64,000 nucleotides of DNA from an uncultured Bacillota bacterium (GTDB taxonomy: Bacteria > Bacillota > Clostridia > Christensenellales > UBA1242). The translations under genes were made by a program, and so were the position numbers. Positions 1 through 11,700 of this stretch are shown in pieces. The stretch's first letter is position 1; each line of letters starts with the position of its first letter. The stretch is from the NCBI GenBank assembly GCA_900551705.1, contig URWY01000001.1, positions 87,953-151,952 on the forward strand, written 5' to 3'. The notes below the pieces were generated by a model. That model made no database searches and was not told the DNA's origin. It saw nothing but the letters and a program-made list of their open reading frames with translations.

Positions 1-939
1 ACTTTTATCCTGAGCAATTTTATTTGGCAAAGGTTTTATCATCGTTATATTTGTTTTGTAGTTATTTGTTAATTCATTTTTTTTCTGTTCAAATTTTTTT
101 CCATTTTCAACTATACCTAATCGACATTCGTTAATTATTGCTTCACAGTTCTTTATTTGATTTCTATTGTTAAGAATTTTATCTTGAATTTCCATAATAT
201 AATTGTTTACTTCAACAAGTTTAGAAGTCATTGTTAGTTTTCTTCTATCTGAGATAAATATTTTATAAATACCTAAGGTAAAAACTGTTTTTAAAATAAT
301 GTTTTTTGCAGTTTGAATTTTATTTAATTTATTAATATATCTATTCTGTTTTTTACTGTTTTTTAACAGACAATCGTTTAAAATTTTTATTTTTTCATTA
401 TACATAGCAATGTCTTGTTGATAAAGGTTAATTCTATTATTTTGTTTATAATTTAAAGTGTGCAAATAGTCGGTCATCTTTTTAATAGTGGAATCTAATT
501 TGATTTTAAGAAATAAATTTATAAACCAGGAAGGAAAAAGTTCTTTTTTATTTATGTTAAGTATTATTTCTTCGGCAAACATTCTAATTAATTCATCTTT
601 ATTATTGTTAAGTGATTCAAGTTCTAAATTTGTTAATTTTATTGTTTTTTGTATTCTTTTCTCTTTTAATTTCCAGTTCGAATAAATTGGATATTTTTGA
701 TAATTTTGAGTTATGTATTTAATAATTGTTCTATATTCTTGCGATCGCAAGAATTCAATATGGGCGACTCTCGTTAACATATTAAACTCTATTTCAGATA
801 AAGTATATTGAGGAGATTTTGTTTGCCCTTGAGTTGGTAAAGATTTATAATATTTGTTAAGACGCTCATTTTTTATTTCATAAAAGTATGGGAGTAATGA
901 TTTTATTTCATCAATAGTGATAAAAGTCTTTTTGTCCAT
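1..939 (-). CDS. hypothetical protein, C-terminus cut by window edge (313 codons visible)
   Basis: Absent from the ORF track because no stop lies in the window. Manual translation of the minus strand from ATG 939-937 (MDKKTFITIDEIKSLLPYFYEIKNERLNKYYKSLPTQGQ...) stays open to position 1. GAGGAGAG purine tract sits immediately upstream. K/N/E/I-rich; no family recognised. Confidence 0.5.
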   Translation of the reverse strand, partial: MDKKTFITIDEIKSLLPYFYEIKNERLNKYYKSLPTQGQTKSPQYTLSEIEFNMLTRVAHIEFLRSQEYRTIIKYITQNYQKYPIYSNWKLKEKRIQKTIKLTNLELESLNNNKDELIRMFAEEIILNINKKELFPSWFINLFLKIKLDSTIKKMTDYLHTLNYKQNNRINLYQQDIAMYNEKIKILNDCLLKNSKKQNRYINKLNKIQTAKNIILKTVFTLGIYKIFISDRRKLTMTSKLVEVNNYIMEIQDKILNNRNQIKNCEAIINECRLGIVENGKKFEQKKNELTNNYKTNITMIKPLPNKIAQDKS

Positions 940-984
940 TTCTCTCCTCGTCAAAAATATAGTATCATAAAATTTATTAAAAAT

Positions 985-1024
985 AAAATAAAAAGAATTA
1001 AAATATTATATTTTAATTCTTTTT
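985..1024 (-). terminator. rho-independent terminator after the gyrase operon and small lipoprotein gene
   Basis: Perfect 15-bp inverted repeat AAAAGAATTAAAATA/TATTTTAATTCTTTT (991-1024), followed by a T-rich run on the minus strand. Confidence 0.5.
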
Positions 1025-1044
1025 ATTGCTAAATGTTTATGATT

Positions 1045-1281
1045 TTATTTATACATACATTCTCTTTGATAAGTGGTTGTGGTTGGATGATTTTTTTGAA
1101 TCAAATTGGCTTTTTTATTTTCATAGTTAAGTTTGCTTTTTTCGCTTTCGTAATGAATGTCATATTTTGAGTTAACATTGAACTTAAAATCTCTAAAAAA
1201 CGAATAATCATACGGGCCACATGATGCAAGTGCTAATAATTCTAATGCAAGAACAGATAAGCTTTTGATTTCTTTGCACAT
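1045..1281 (-). CDS. small putative lipoprotein (78 aa)
   Basis: ORF track gives 1045..1332. The internal ATG at 1281 is preceded by AAGGAGAAAAAT and yields MCKEIKSLSVLALELLALASCG..., with an L-A-S-C lipobox. No homolog recognised. Confidence 0.4.
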   Translation of the reverse strand: MCKEIKSLSVLALELLALASCGPYDYSFFRDFKFNVNSKYDIHYESEKSKLNYENKKANLIQKNHPTTTTYQRECMYK

Positions 1282-1352
1282 ATTTTTCTCCTTCTCTTCT
1301 GTAATCGTATCAAGGTCATTGACTTGATTCATAAACGCTCCTTCGAGTAGAT

Positions 1353-3920
1353 TTATTCATTGATTGGTTGTTCGTCTTCGGCAAATTTGATTTCTTCTTC
1401 TGTTAAAACAGTTTGATTTTGATCAAGTTCAGTTGTTGTAAGTGAACTTTCTTCATCTTCTTCGTCTAAGTGTTCAGTTGTTGCAACGCTAACGATTTTA
1501 GCATCATTTTTAAGTTTCATAACTTTAACACCAAGAGAATATCTGCCTACCATAGAAATATCTTTTGCAAGCATTCTAATGATTATGCCATTGTCTGCAA
1601 TGAGCATTAAGTCTTCATCTTCTTTGATAACTTTCATAGCAACTAATTTGCCAGTTTTTTCATCAAATTTACCAGAAACAACGCCTTTGCCGCCTCTTGC
1701 TTGTGCTCTGATTTTATCTTGGCTTATACGCTTGCCGTAGCCGTTTTCTGAAATTGTGATAAGGTCATCGCCTTCTTTGATAATAGTCATATCAACAATT
1801 GTGGCATCTTTTTCGTTAAATCTCATACTTCTCATGCCGGCTGCTGACCTTCCAGTTAAGCGGACATATTTTTCATTAAATCTGATGCATTTTCCGTTGC
1901 TTGCTGCAATTAAAACATCATCTGATCCGCTTGTAAGTGAAACACCAATAAGTTCATCGTCTTCATTCAATTTAATAGCAATTTTGCCTGTTACATTTAT
2001 TCTTTCAAATTCTTTTAAGTTTGTTTTCTTAATCAAAGCGTGTTTTGTTGCCATAATTAAGTTGCCTTCTTGACCATTTTCAAGAGGAATTAATGCATTA
2101 ACTTTTTCGCCAGGTGCGAGTGTAAGTAAGTTTACAAGTGCTCTGCCTTTTGCTTGCCTTTGCGCTTCTGGAATTTCAAAAACTTTAATTCTATAAACTT
2201 TACCAAAGTTTGTGAAGAATAATAAGTTGTTATGTGAATTTGTAACGAACATTTTTTCAACGAAGTCCGTATCTTTTAGTTTTTGCGCGCTAACGCCTAT
2301 ACCGCCACGCCTTTGAGCCTTATATTCTGATGCAGATTGGCGTTTAATATAGCCTTCGTGTGTCATTGAAACAACAACTTCTTCTCTTGGAATAAGGTCT
2401 TCAATATTAATATCTCCCATATCAACTGAAATTTCAGTTTTACGAGGCGTTCCATAAGTTGTTTTAACTTCTTCAAGTTCGTCATGAATGATTTGTAAAA
2501 CGCGTTGTGGGTTAGATAAAATGTCGTTCAAATCTGCAATTAAAACTTCGAGTTCTTCAAGTTCGTCTTTCAATTTTTGAACTTCCAAACTTGTAAGTCT
2601 AGAAAGTTTCATTTCAAGAATAGCGTTTGCTTGTTTTTCTGTAAGTTCAAAATTTTCTGTCAATTTTTGCATCGCATCTTGCTTATCTTCTGATGTTTTA
2701 ATGATTTTAATAACTTCATCAATGTTTGCAAGGGCAATAACAAGTCCTTTAACAATATGTTCACGCTCTAATGCTTTTGATAAATCAAATTGAGTTTTTC
2801 TTGTTAGAACTTCTTTTTGATGTTCAAGATAGTAATACAAAATTTGTTTTAAATTTAAGATTTTTGGTTCGTTATCAACAAGTGCAAGGAAGATAATTCC
2901 GTCACCTTTTTGAAGCAATGTGTGTTTATAAAGCATATTTAACACAACTTGCGCCTTTGCATCGCGTTTAATATCAACGACAACGCGCATACCTTCACGG
3001 TCTGACTCTTCTTTAATGTCTGCAATACCTTCCAATCTCTTTGCTTTAACTAAGTCTGCCATTTGAATGATAAACTTTGCTTTATTAACTTGATATGGAA
3101 GTTCAGTAATAATAATTCTTTCTCTGCCGTTATCAAGTGTTTCTATTTCTGCTTTACCACGAACAACAACGCCACCACGACCTGTTTTATATGCGTGTTT
3201 TAAAGCAGTTCTGCTCATAATCATACCGCCAGTTGGATAATCTGGTGCTGGAATGATTTTTATTAACTCTTCAATGTCAATATCTGGGTTTTTAATAAGT
3301 GCTTGAACACCGTTAATAACTTCTACAAGGTTGTGTGGTGGAATATTTGTTGCCATACCAACAGCGATACCATCTGAACCGTTTACAAGTAGGTTAGGGA
3401 ATTTTGCTGGTAAAACAACAGGTTGCATCAAAGTGTCATCGAAGTTAGGGTAGAAGTCGACTGTGTTTTTGTCGATATCTTTTAACATTTCAGATGCGAT
3501 TTTTGAAAGCCTTGCTTCTGTGTAACGCATAGCAGCAGGGCTATCGCCGTCAACTGAACCAAAGTTACCATGACCATCAACGAGTGGGCAACCGATTGAA
3601 AAGTCTTGTGCTAAACGAACAAGAGCGTCATAAACTGAACTATCGCCGTGTGGATGGTATTTACCCATACAATCACCAACGATACGAGCGCATTTTCTGT
3701 ATGGCTTGTCTGAGAACAGGTTCATTTCGCCCATTGAATACAAAATTCTTCTATGAACAGGTTTTAAGCCATCTCGAACATCAGGAATAGCACGAGATAC
3801 GTTAACTGCCATAGCGTAAGCGATAAATGATTTTTTTAGTTCTTCATTTGCATCGACTTTTATAACTTTTGTGTTTTCAAATAACTTTGAAACATCTTTT
3901 TTATTATCATCGTTTTTCAT
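1353..3920 (-). CDS. gyrA: DNA gyrase subunit A
   Basis: 855 aa. Has GyrA hallmarks: RALPDVRDGLKPVHRR-like N-terminus, HPHGD, AAMRYTEARL (catalytic Tyr), and a C-terminal beta-pinwheel repeat region. Confidence 0.97.
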   Translation of the reverse strand: MKNDDNKKDVSKLFENTKVIKVDANEELKKSFIAYAMAVNVSRAIPDVRDGLKPVHRRILYSMGEMNLFSDKPYRKCARIVGDCMGKYHPHGDSSVYDALVRLAQDFSIGCPLVDGHGNFGSVDGDSPAAMRYTEARLSKIASEMLKDIDKNTVDFYPNFDDTLMQPVVLPAKFPNLLVNGSDGIAVGMATNIPPHNLVEVINGVQALIKNPDIDIEELIKIIPAPDYPTGGMIMSRTALKHAYKTGRGGVVVRGKAEIETLDNGRERIIITELPYQVNKAKFIIQMADLVKAKRLEGIADIKEESDREGMRVVVDIKRDAKAQVVLNMLYKHTLLQKGDGIIFLALVDNEPKILNLKQILYYYLEHQKEVLTRKTQFDLSKALEREHIVKGLVIALANIDEVIKIIKTSEDKQDAMQKLTENFELTEKQANAILEMKLSRLTSLEVQKLKDELEELEVLIADLNDILSNPQRVLQIIHDELEEVKTTYGTPRKTEISVDMGDINIEDLIPREEVVVSMTHEGYIKRQSASEYKAQRRGGIGVSAQKLKDTDFVEKMFVTNSHNNLLFFTNFGKVYRIKVFEIPEAQRQAKGRALVNLLTLAPGEKVNALIPLENGQEGNLIMATKHALIKKTNLKEFERINVTGKIAIKLNEDDELIGVSLTSGSDDVLIAASNGKCIRFNEKYVRLTGRSAAGMRSMRFNEKDATIVDMTIIKEGDDLITISENGYGKRISQDKIRAQARGGKGVVSGKFDEKTGKLVAMKVIKEDEDLMLIADNGIIIRMLAKDISMVGRYSLGVKVMKLKNDAKIVSVATTEHLDEEDEESSLTTTELDQNQTVLTEEEIKFAEDEQPINE

Positions 3921-4240
3921 TATTTCACCTCATCGAGAAGTTTTAATGTTCGTTGCATTTTTTCTTCTCTAATTTTTTCTATTTCTTCTTCGCCAAAGTA
4001 AATTTCAAGTTGTTCTGTCATATTTAAAACATCTGCAATTTCTTCTTTTACATGAGCAATTGTTTGTTTAAGCCTTTCATCATTGTTTTCGGCAAAATCA
4101 TCACGCATGAGCCTGATTTTCTTACAAAGTTCTTTTGTAAGCTCACTCATTTCTTCGATTGCCATTCTTTCTTGTGCTTCTTGCCCCCAAGCGTCTAAAA
4201 ACTTTTGGTAAGCATCTCTAAAATCATTTCTCATAGTCAC
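3920..4240 (-). CDS. MazG-like nucleotide pyrophosphohydrolase family protein (small all-alpha)
   Basis: 106 aa with paired acidic helix motifs IEEMSELTKEL and KEEIADVLNM, typical of the MazG/all-alpha NTP-PPase fold. Its stop overlaps the gyrA ATG by 1 nt (TAATG). Confidence 0.5.
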   Translation of the reverse strand: MTMRNDFRDAYQKFLDAWGQEAQERMAIEEMSELTKELCKKIRLMRDDFAENNDERLKQTIAHVKEEIADVLNMTEQLEIYFGEEEIEKIREEKMQRTLKLLDEVK

Positions 4241-4784
4241 TCCTTATAATAGCGTAGGTGTCAAAGTCTAAAAATTTACCTTTGCAAATTCTAGCATGTC
4301 TTAAAGTCCCTTCTTTTGTCATGCCAATTTTTTGCATAACCCTGCCGCTGCCAATATTTTCCACAGCGTGTATAGCATAAATTCTTTCAATATTTGTTGA
4401 CTCAAACATATATTTGACCGCCGCCGCTGCCGCTTCTGTCATTATGCCTTTATTCCAGCATGATTTGCTTGAACAATAACCGAGTTCACAGTTTAAATTG
4501 ACCGCATCATACTTGCCAAATTCAATAGCGCCAACAACTTCATTTGTTTCTTTTAACACTATTACCCAGTGAAAAGTATGTCCTTTATTTTTGCGTGCTT
4601 TCTTTATTAAACTTTTAACATATTTTTTTGTGTTTTTTAAACTGCCATGAGTATACCAAGGAAGAAATTTTGCAACATCTTCATCGTTACAATAGTTTTT
4701 GAACATATCTGCGGCGTCAGATTTTTGTATTTTTCTCAATATCAGTCTATCTGTTTCAAGTGTAGCGTTCTTATTATTTTCCAT
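4224..4784 (-). CDS. GNAT family N-acetyltransferase (RimJ/RimL-like)
   Basis: 186 aa. N-terminus LETDRLILRKIQKSDAADMF...FLPW is typical of Acetyltransf_3/RimJ-RimL proteins. GNAT core motif ...NIGSGRVMQKIGM... present. Overlaps the next gene by 17 nt. Confidence 0.8.
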   Translation of the reverse strand: MENNKNATLETDRLILRKIQKSDAADMFKNYCNDEDVAKFLPWYTHGSLKNTKKYVKSLIKKARKNKGHTFHWVIVLKETNEVVGAIEFGKYDAVNLNCELGYCSSKSCWNKGIMTEAAAAAVKYMFESTNIERIYAIHAVENIGSGRVMQKIGMTKEGTLRHARICKGKFLDFDTYAIIRSDYEK

Positions 4785-4792
4785 AAAGGCTC

Positions 4793-6727
<1,935 letters not shown>

Positions 6728-6845
6728 TTAAATTTTAGCATAGATATACATATACTATAAGTATATATAATATATATAACATATATTTATTGAAAAATCA
6801 ACCTATTTTCAAATTTTTATTTGTTTGGTTTTCACAATTTTCGCA

Positions 6846-6873
6846 TAAAAAAACTTGCTTTTAAAACAAGTTT
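6846..6873 (-). terminator. candidate terminator downstream of the 6877..7506 gene
   Basis: Hairpin AAACTTG/CAAGTTT 3 nt past the stop codon, followed by a short T-run on the minus strand. Confidence 0.4.
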
Positions 6874-6876
6874 AAA

Positions 6877-7506
6877 TTATTTTGACTGTTCGGTTTGTTG
6901 TGGTTTTTGTTGCTGTTGTTGATAAGTTTGGTCAATCGCTCTTTGTTGAGCGGCTTTGATTTTGTCTTTATCATCCTTTGGAAGGTCTTTGTTAGGGGAT
7001 AAAGGCTCGATGTTTAACTCTTCACATTTTTTATAGTACTCTTGCAATTTTGGAGCATTGGCTTTAACCGCTGTTTTTTCGTCTTTAATAGCATAGTCTT
7101 CAAAAATATCTTTAAGTTCGCTGCCACCATAAACGAAACCGATTGACACAACAGTTAATACCATAAGAATTGTTGCGAAAATGCCAAACCCAGTTGCAAA
7201 TGCGCCGATTGTTAATGGAACTAAAATCCATGTTAAGACTTTTGCAAAATAACTTGATGTTTCAAAATATTTTGACAATGTTTTGCATCTTGCTGATGAT
7301 GTGAGATCAGGTTCTGGAAGGTCAGGAACTTTTGGCTCTTGTTCTTGCTCCTCTTTATCCTCTTTGTTTTCTTTTTCAGGTTGTTTATTGTTAAAGAAGT
7401 TTTTGTCGGCAGAGGTTATAGAAATTGCTTGTTGTCTAGCCTTTTGAGCTTCCAACTCTTTTTTCTTTTTTTCTTCCTCTTCTTTGATTAAATCTTGTTC
7501 AGCCAT
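6877..7506 (-). CDS. hypothetical membrane protein with charged low-complexity termini
   Basis: 209 aa. K/E/Q-rich N- and C-terminal regions flank two hydrophobic helices (VLTWILVPLTIGAFATGFGIFATILMVLTVVSIGFVYG). AAGGAGG SD upstream of the ATG. Confidence 0.5.
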   Translation of the reverse strand: MAEQDLIKEEEEKKKKELEAQKARQQAISITSADKNFFNNKQPEKENKEDKEEQEQEPKVPDLPEPDLTSSARCKTLSKYFETSSYFAKVLTWILVPLTIGAFATGFGIFATILMVLTVVSIGFVYGGSELKDIFEDYAIKDEKTAVKANAPKLQEYYKKCEELNIEPLSPNKDLPKDDKDKIKAAQQRAIDQTYQQQQQKPQQTEQSK

Positions 7507-7530
7507 ATTCAGCCTCCTTAATTTAAAATA

Positions 7531-7559
7531 ATTATATACTACAAAACTATATTTGTCAA
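7531..7559 (-). promoter_or_regulatory. consensus sigma-A type promoter for the 6877..7506 gene
   Basis: Minus strand reads TTGACA, 17 nt spacer, TATAAT (plus-strand tgtcaa at 7554-7559, attata at 7531-7536). Confidence 0.6.
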
Positions 7560-7717
7560 TAGCTAAAATTAACTATGTGAAGAATAATTTTACTAGCAAA
7601 TTAAATGCTAAAAATTAATTAAAAAAAATAAATAAAAATTAATAAAAAAATAACAAAAAATATCAAATTAAATGCAAATTAATTCAATTTTAATTATCGA
7701 AAAATGCTTAAAAATAT

Positions 7718-7754
7718 AAAAAAAACGATTTTAAATTAAATATTTTTAAAATCG
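7718..7754 (-). terminator. rho-independent terminator downstream of the ttcA-like gene
   Basis: CGATTTTAAA / TTTAAAATCG stem (7726-7754), followed by T8 on the minus strand. Confidence 0.5.
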
Positions 7755-7788
7755 CTACAAGTGCCTATTTTAAAGGCGAATAAATATA

Positions 7789-8508
7789 TTAATAATTAAT
7801 TAAATTATTTCTTTCTGGATTTAAAATAGCATTTTTTATTTGTTTTTTTGCGTTTGGGAATTCTTGATCTAATTTTTTCAATAAATTTTTCATTTCTTCC
7901 CTTTTTGTTTTATGATTTGCAGGGCAAACATTTTTTAAAATTGGAAAATCTTTTGTTGCATTTATAATTTCTTCTTCACTAACATATATTAGTGGTCTGA
8001 TGGCAGTGATGTCGACATTAGATAAGTATGTTACAGGGGAGAAAGTGCTAAGTCGACCCTCAAAGAAAAGCGACAAGAAAAATGTTTCCATCAGGTCGTC
8101 ACAATGGTGTGCAAGTGCGACTTTATTGCAGCCCAAACTTTTTGCTGTTGAGTTTAAAGTTCCTCGGCGCATTTTCGCACATAAACTGCAAGGATTTTTC
8201 TCTTTTCTCTCGTCAAAAACAACTTCAAAAATATCGGTTTTCTCTATATATAACGGCACTTGTAGGCTCTCACAAAACTTTTTTAATCCATCAAAATTTT
8301 CTTTGCCTCCAGTTTGGTCAATCGTGATTGCTATAAGTTCAAAATTCTCACCAGAAAACTTTTGAAAAGCACTTAATGCGCTGAGCAGAGCAAGGCTATC
8401 TTTCCCACCAGAAAGGCCTACGGCAACCTTATCGCCGTTTTCTATCATGTTAAATTTTTTTATCGCTTTGGTCATGCCAGAGACAATTTTTCTCATTTTA
8501 TTTTCCAT
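7789..8508 (-). CDS. ttcA: PP-loop ATP-pyrophosphatase, tRNA 2-thiocytidine biosynthesis TtcA family
   Basis: 239 aa. SGGKDS PP-loop and the CSLCAKMRRG cysteine motif are characteristic of the TtcA family. Confidence 0.75.
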   Translation of the reverse strand: MENKMRKIVSGMTKAIKKFNMIENGDKVAVGLSGGKDSLALLSALSAFQKFSGENFELIAITIDQTGGKENFDGLKKFCESLQVPLYIEKTDIFEVVFDERKEKNPCSLCAKMRRGTLNSTAKSLGCNKVALAHHCDDLMETFFLSLFFEGRLSTFSPVTYLSNVDITAIRPLIYVSEEEIINATKDFPILKNVCPANHKTKREEMKNLLKKLDQEFPNAKKQIKNAILNPERNNLINY

Positions 8509-8734
8509 GTAAATAAAAATACTAAAAAATTAGAAAAATAGCAACTTTTATTAGCAAAAATAATAATTTTTTTAATTTTTTTGTGATTAAAAATTATGTA
8601 AAAAAATGAAAAATTTTAAAGATATTTATATTATTTATTTTGAATTTTCTTTAATATGTTATATATTATAAATAATAATTCGATACATAATTAATAATTT
8701 TTAATTATTTACGGATATTATTAAGGAGGAAATC

Positions 8735-11700
8735 ATGAAAAAAATTGCTAAAATATTTACCTTTTTAATTTTAATTTTTTGTGGGGTTGTTTTTGCTTCC
8801 TGCGGCAAAGGTAGTGCAATGCCAACTATTTCTGCAAGCGAAACAAATTTTGAAATTGTTATCGGAACAGATGAAAGCAAAACTTTTGATGTTACTTTGT
8901 CTGACTATGGCAACGGTAGTGACAGCGTCAGGGTTGAATCCTATGAGCAAAACAGAATCATAGACATCACAACCGAAAAAATTAGAGATGGTTTAACTAG
9001 AGTTACGGTTAAACCTCTTTATCCAGGAAAAGCAACAATCAAGATTTCTTCCATAACACATAACGCGAAACCAATTGAAGTTACTGTCAATGTTATATTG
9101 CCAGTTGGCGACATTGAAATTAACAAAACTTTAGAAAATAAACTTTATGCCATTAAAGGTGAAAGTTTAGATTTTTCAAGTTTAGACCTTATCAACTACA
9201 TGGCAATTTCAACAGGCATAGAAGGGCTTAAAAATGTTCAGACAAACCAAATCGGCGTTACATATACTCTTGAAAATGTTTTGGTTGATGATGGTGTGTC
9301 AATTGAAAACGGCAAACTTGTTGTTTCAGAAGGTTGCACTTTAAATGAAGTTGAAGTGAGAGCAACTTCTATTTACAATTCTGAAATAACAAAAACTTTT
9401 AAAGTTAAAATTTTAAATCCAATTACAAGCGCGGTTTATATCGACGGCAGCAAGGTTTTTGAAAATGGACTTTTGGTTGACGGCTCGGGCGACAGTTTTG
9501 CGTTTGAACTCTATCCAAGAGAAAGTGATGTGACAATGAGCCAAAAAGATGTGCTTATTTATGTTAAAGCAGGTTCGGAAGCAGAATCTATCAATATTGA
9601 GAAAATCTTTGACGACACAAAATATGCTGTTGAACTTAAAAATTTAACTTACGAAGACGGTATGTTTAAATATGCTTACACAATTTCAGCGCTTAACGCT
9701 GGATATTTGGAAGGTATTTCATTTAAAATTTCATACAAAGATTATACTCTTGGAGAAAATGGTAACGACTACTTTGTAAAAAGCGGCAATTTGTCTGTTG
9801 CATCATATAATCTTCCAAACTCAGTTTTGGTAAATGGTAATTCATCAACAGCTAGCGGGCTAGATGTTCTTGTGTTTGAAAATATTGCGACCATCGGCAA
9901 GGGCACGCTTCTTGAATTTACTTTGTCACCATCAAATTTGGCGCCAGAATTTGAGACAATCAGATTATGGGCAGAAAATTATAATAATTGCCCAGTTAGT
10001 TTTTATAAATTAAACGCTACAAGAACAAGTTACGAACTCGTTTTTGGCTATCCAAGAGATGCAAAAGACGGGGATACTTTTGTTTGCAGCGGCATTGACC
10101 ATAACGGAAACGCATACTTTGATATGCCTGTTGGCACAAAATTATATGTTGTTAAAAATCAAAAATTTAACAAAACAGACAACACAAATGCAGTTATTTA
10201 CGCTTCTTCTCTTAATTTTTACGATTTAGGCTTAGAAAGAAGCAAAATTCAATTTAACATTAAAGTAAACCCAGGTGCAAGTTCGGTTAATAGAGTAAAC
10301 TATGACGGAACAAACTTCACAATCGTTAATTCAAATTTAATTGTTTCAGAATTGGTTGAAAATTTTGACATTTATCTTGCAATTGCTCCAGAAAACTTCG
10401 ATTTAGGCACTTCTTCAATTGTAAAACTAAAAAATTCTAACCTTGCCGATGTTTCTGGATTGACGGTTGTTGGCTCAGACGAAAAATATTTGTATGTTAA
10501 ATTTACTCTTTCACCTAAGAAATTAGGTTCAACAAAACTTACAATCTATTTATGTGACGGCTTTGAAAAAGAGTTTGATTTGAAAATTATCTCAACTCTT
10601 GACGATATCACTATTGATGTTAGCAAAGAAACAGAAAGCATTGTTGACTATAAAGAAAACTTAACAGGAAATATCGGCGAAGACTCATATTTAGTTCAAA
10701 AATTGGCTTTTAAAAGCGGAACAAGTATTCAACTTACAAAAACTGCATATCCATTTACAGCAGAATACATTCTTGAATATTCGTTCTATGACTTAACAAC
10801 TGTTAAATCAATTTCGCAATTAACAATCAGTGACATATTTGAAAATGCAAATTTTGGTTTGACATCAGATATTTTGAATGTTGACACATTGAAAAATTAT
10901 TCAATTATTCAAGCAAAAACATCTCAAAGTGCTGGAAAATCATTGATTAAAATTGATGTTAAAGGCAGAAATGCGGACGGAGATGGCTACGAACATGATG
11001 CGTCACACACTTTCTATTTTGTAGTTGAAATTTATAAAGGTGTGGACGGCTTTGAAATTTCTTCAAATGTTCATGAAATCTATTCTTATGAAACTTTGGG
11101 TGACAGAAACGCTGGAAAATCAAAATGTGAATTTAGCGTAACTCTCCAATCAAGATTTGGTTTGCCAACATACTTAAACGCACTTGAATTGTATTATGGC
11201 ACTGAACTTGTTGAATTTAACGATGCAAATCGTGCTGTTTTGAAATATGAAGGCAAAGACATTGTTGTAATAACAAGAAATTTGGACGGCAATGTGTGGA
11301 CATATAGCGTTCAAGCATTGACAAGCGATGTTCAAAATCTTGTTTTCGTGCTTAAACTTGTTGAAGCAAACGAAAGCAAGGTTATTGGCGGTGTGGTTCG
11401 TGTTGTTGTGAAAGACGCTGTTGAAATTGAAGATATTGAAATAGTCAATGTCGATTTAAATGATGGAATATATATCGAAAATAATAACTTTGAAGGCGAT
11501 AAAAAAGAAGCAACCTTTGAAATTAAATATAATTTATACACAAAAGATGGCTCAGAACCTTTAAATACTGGCTTAGAATTTGAATTATCAAGCAATTTAA
11601 TTGCTCTTGGCGTAAAAATTGATGCAAATGGAAAAATTACAGTTCCAGCAGGAGTTGGTGGAAACGGTAAAGTTTTAATTTATCCATCTAGCAACTATTT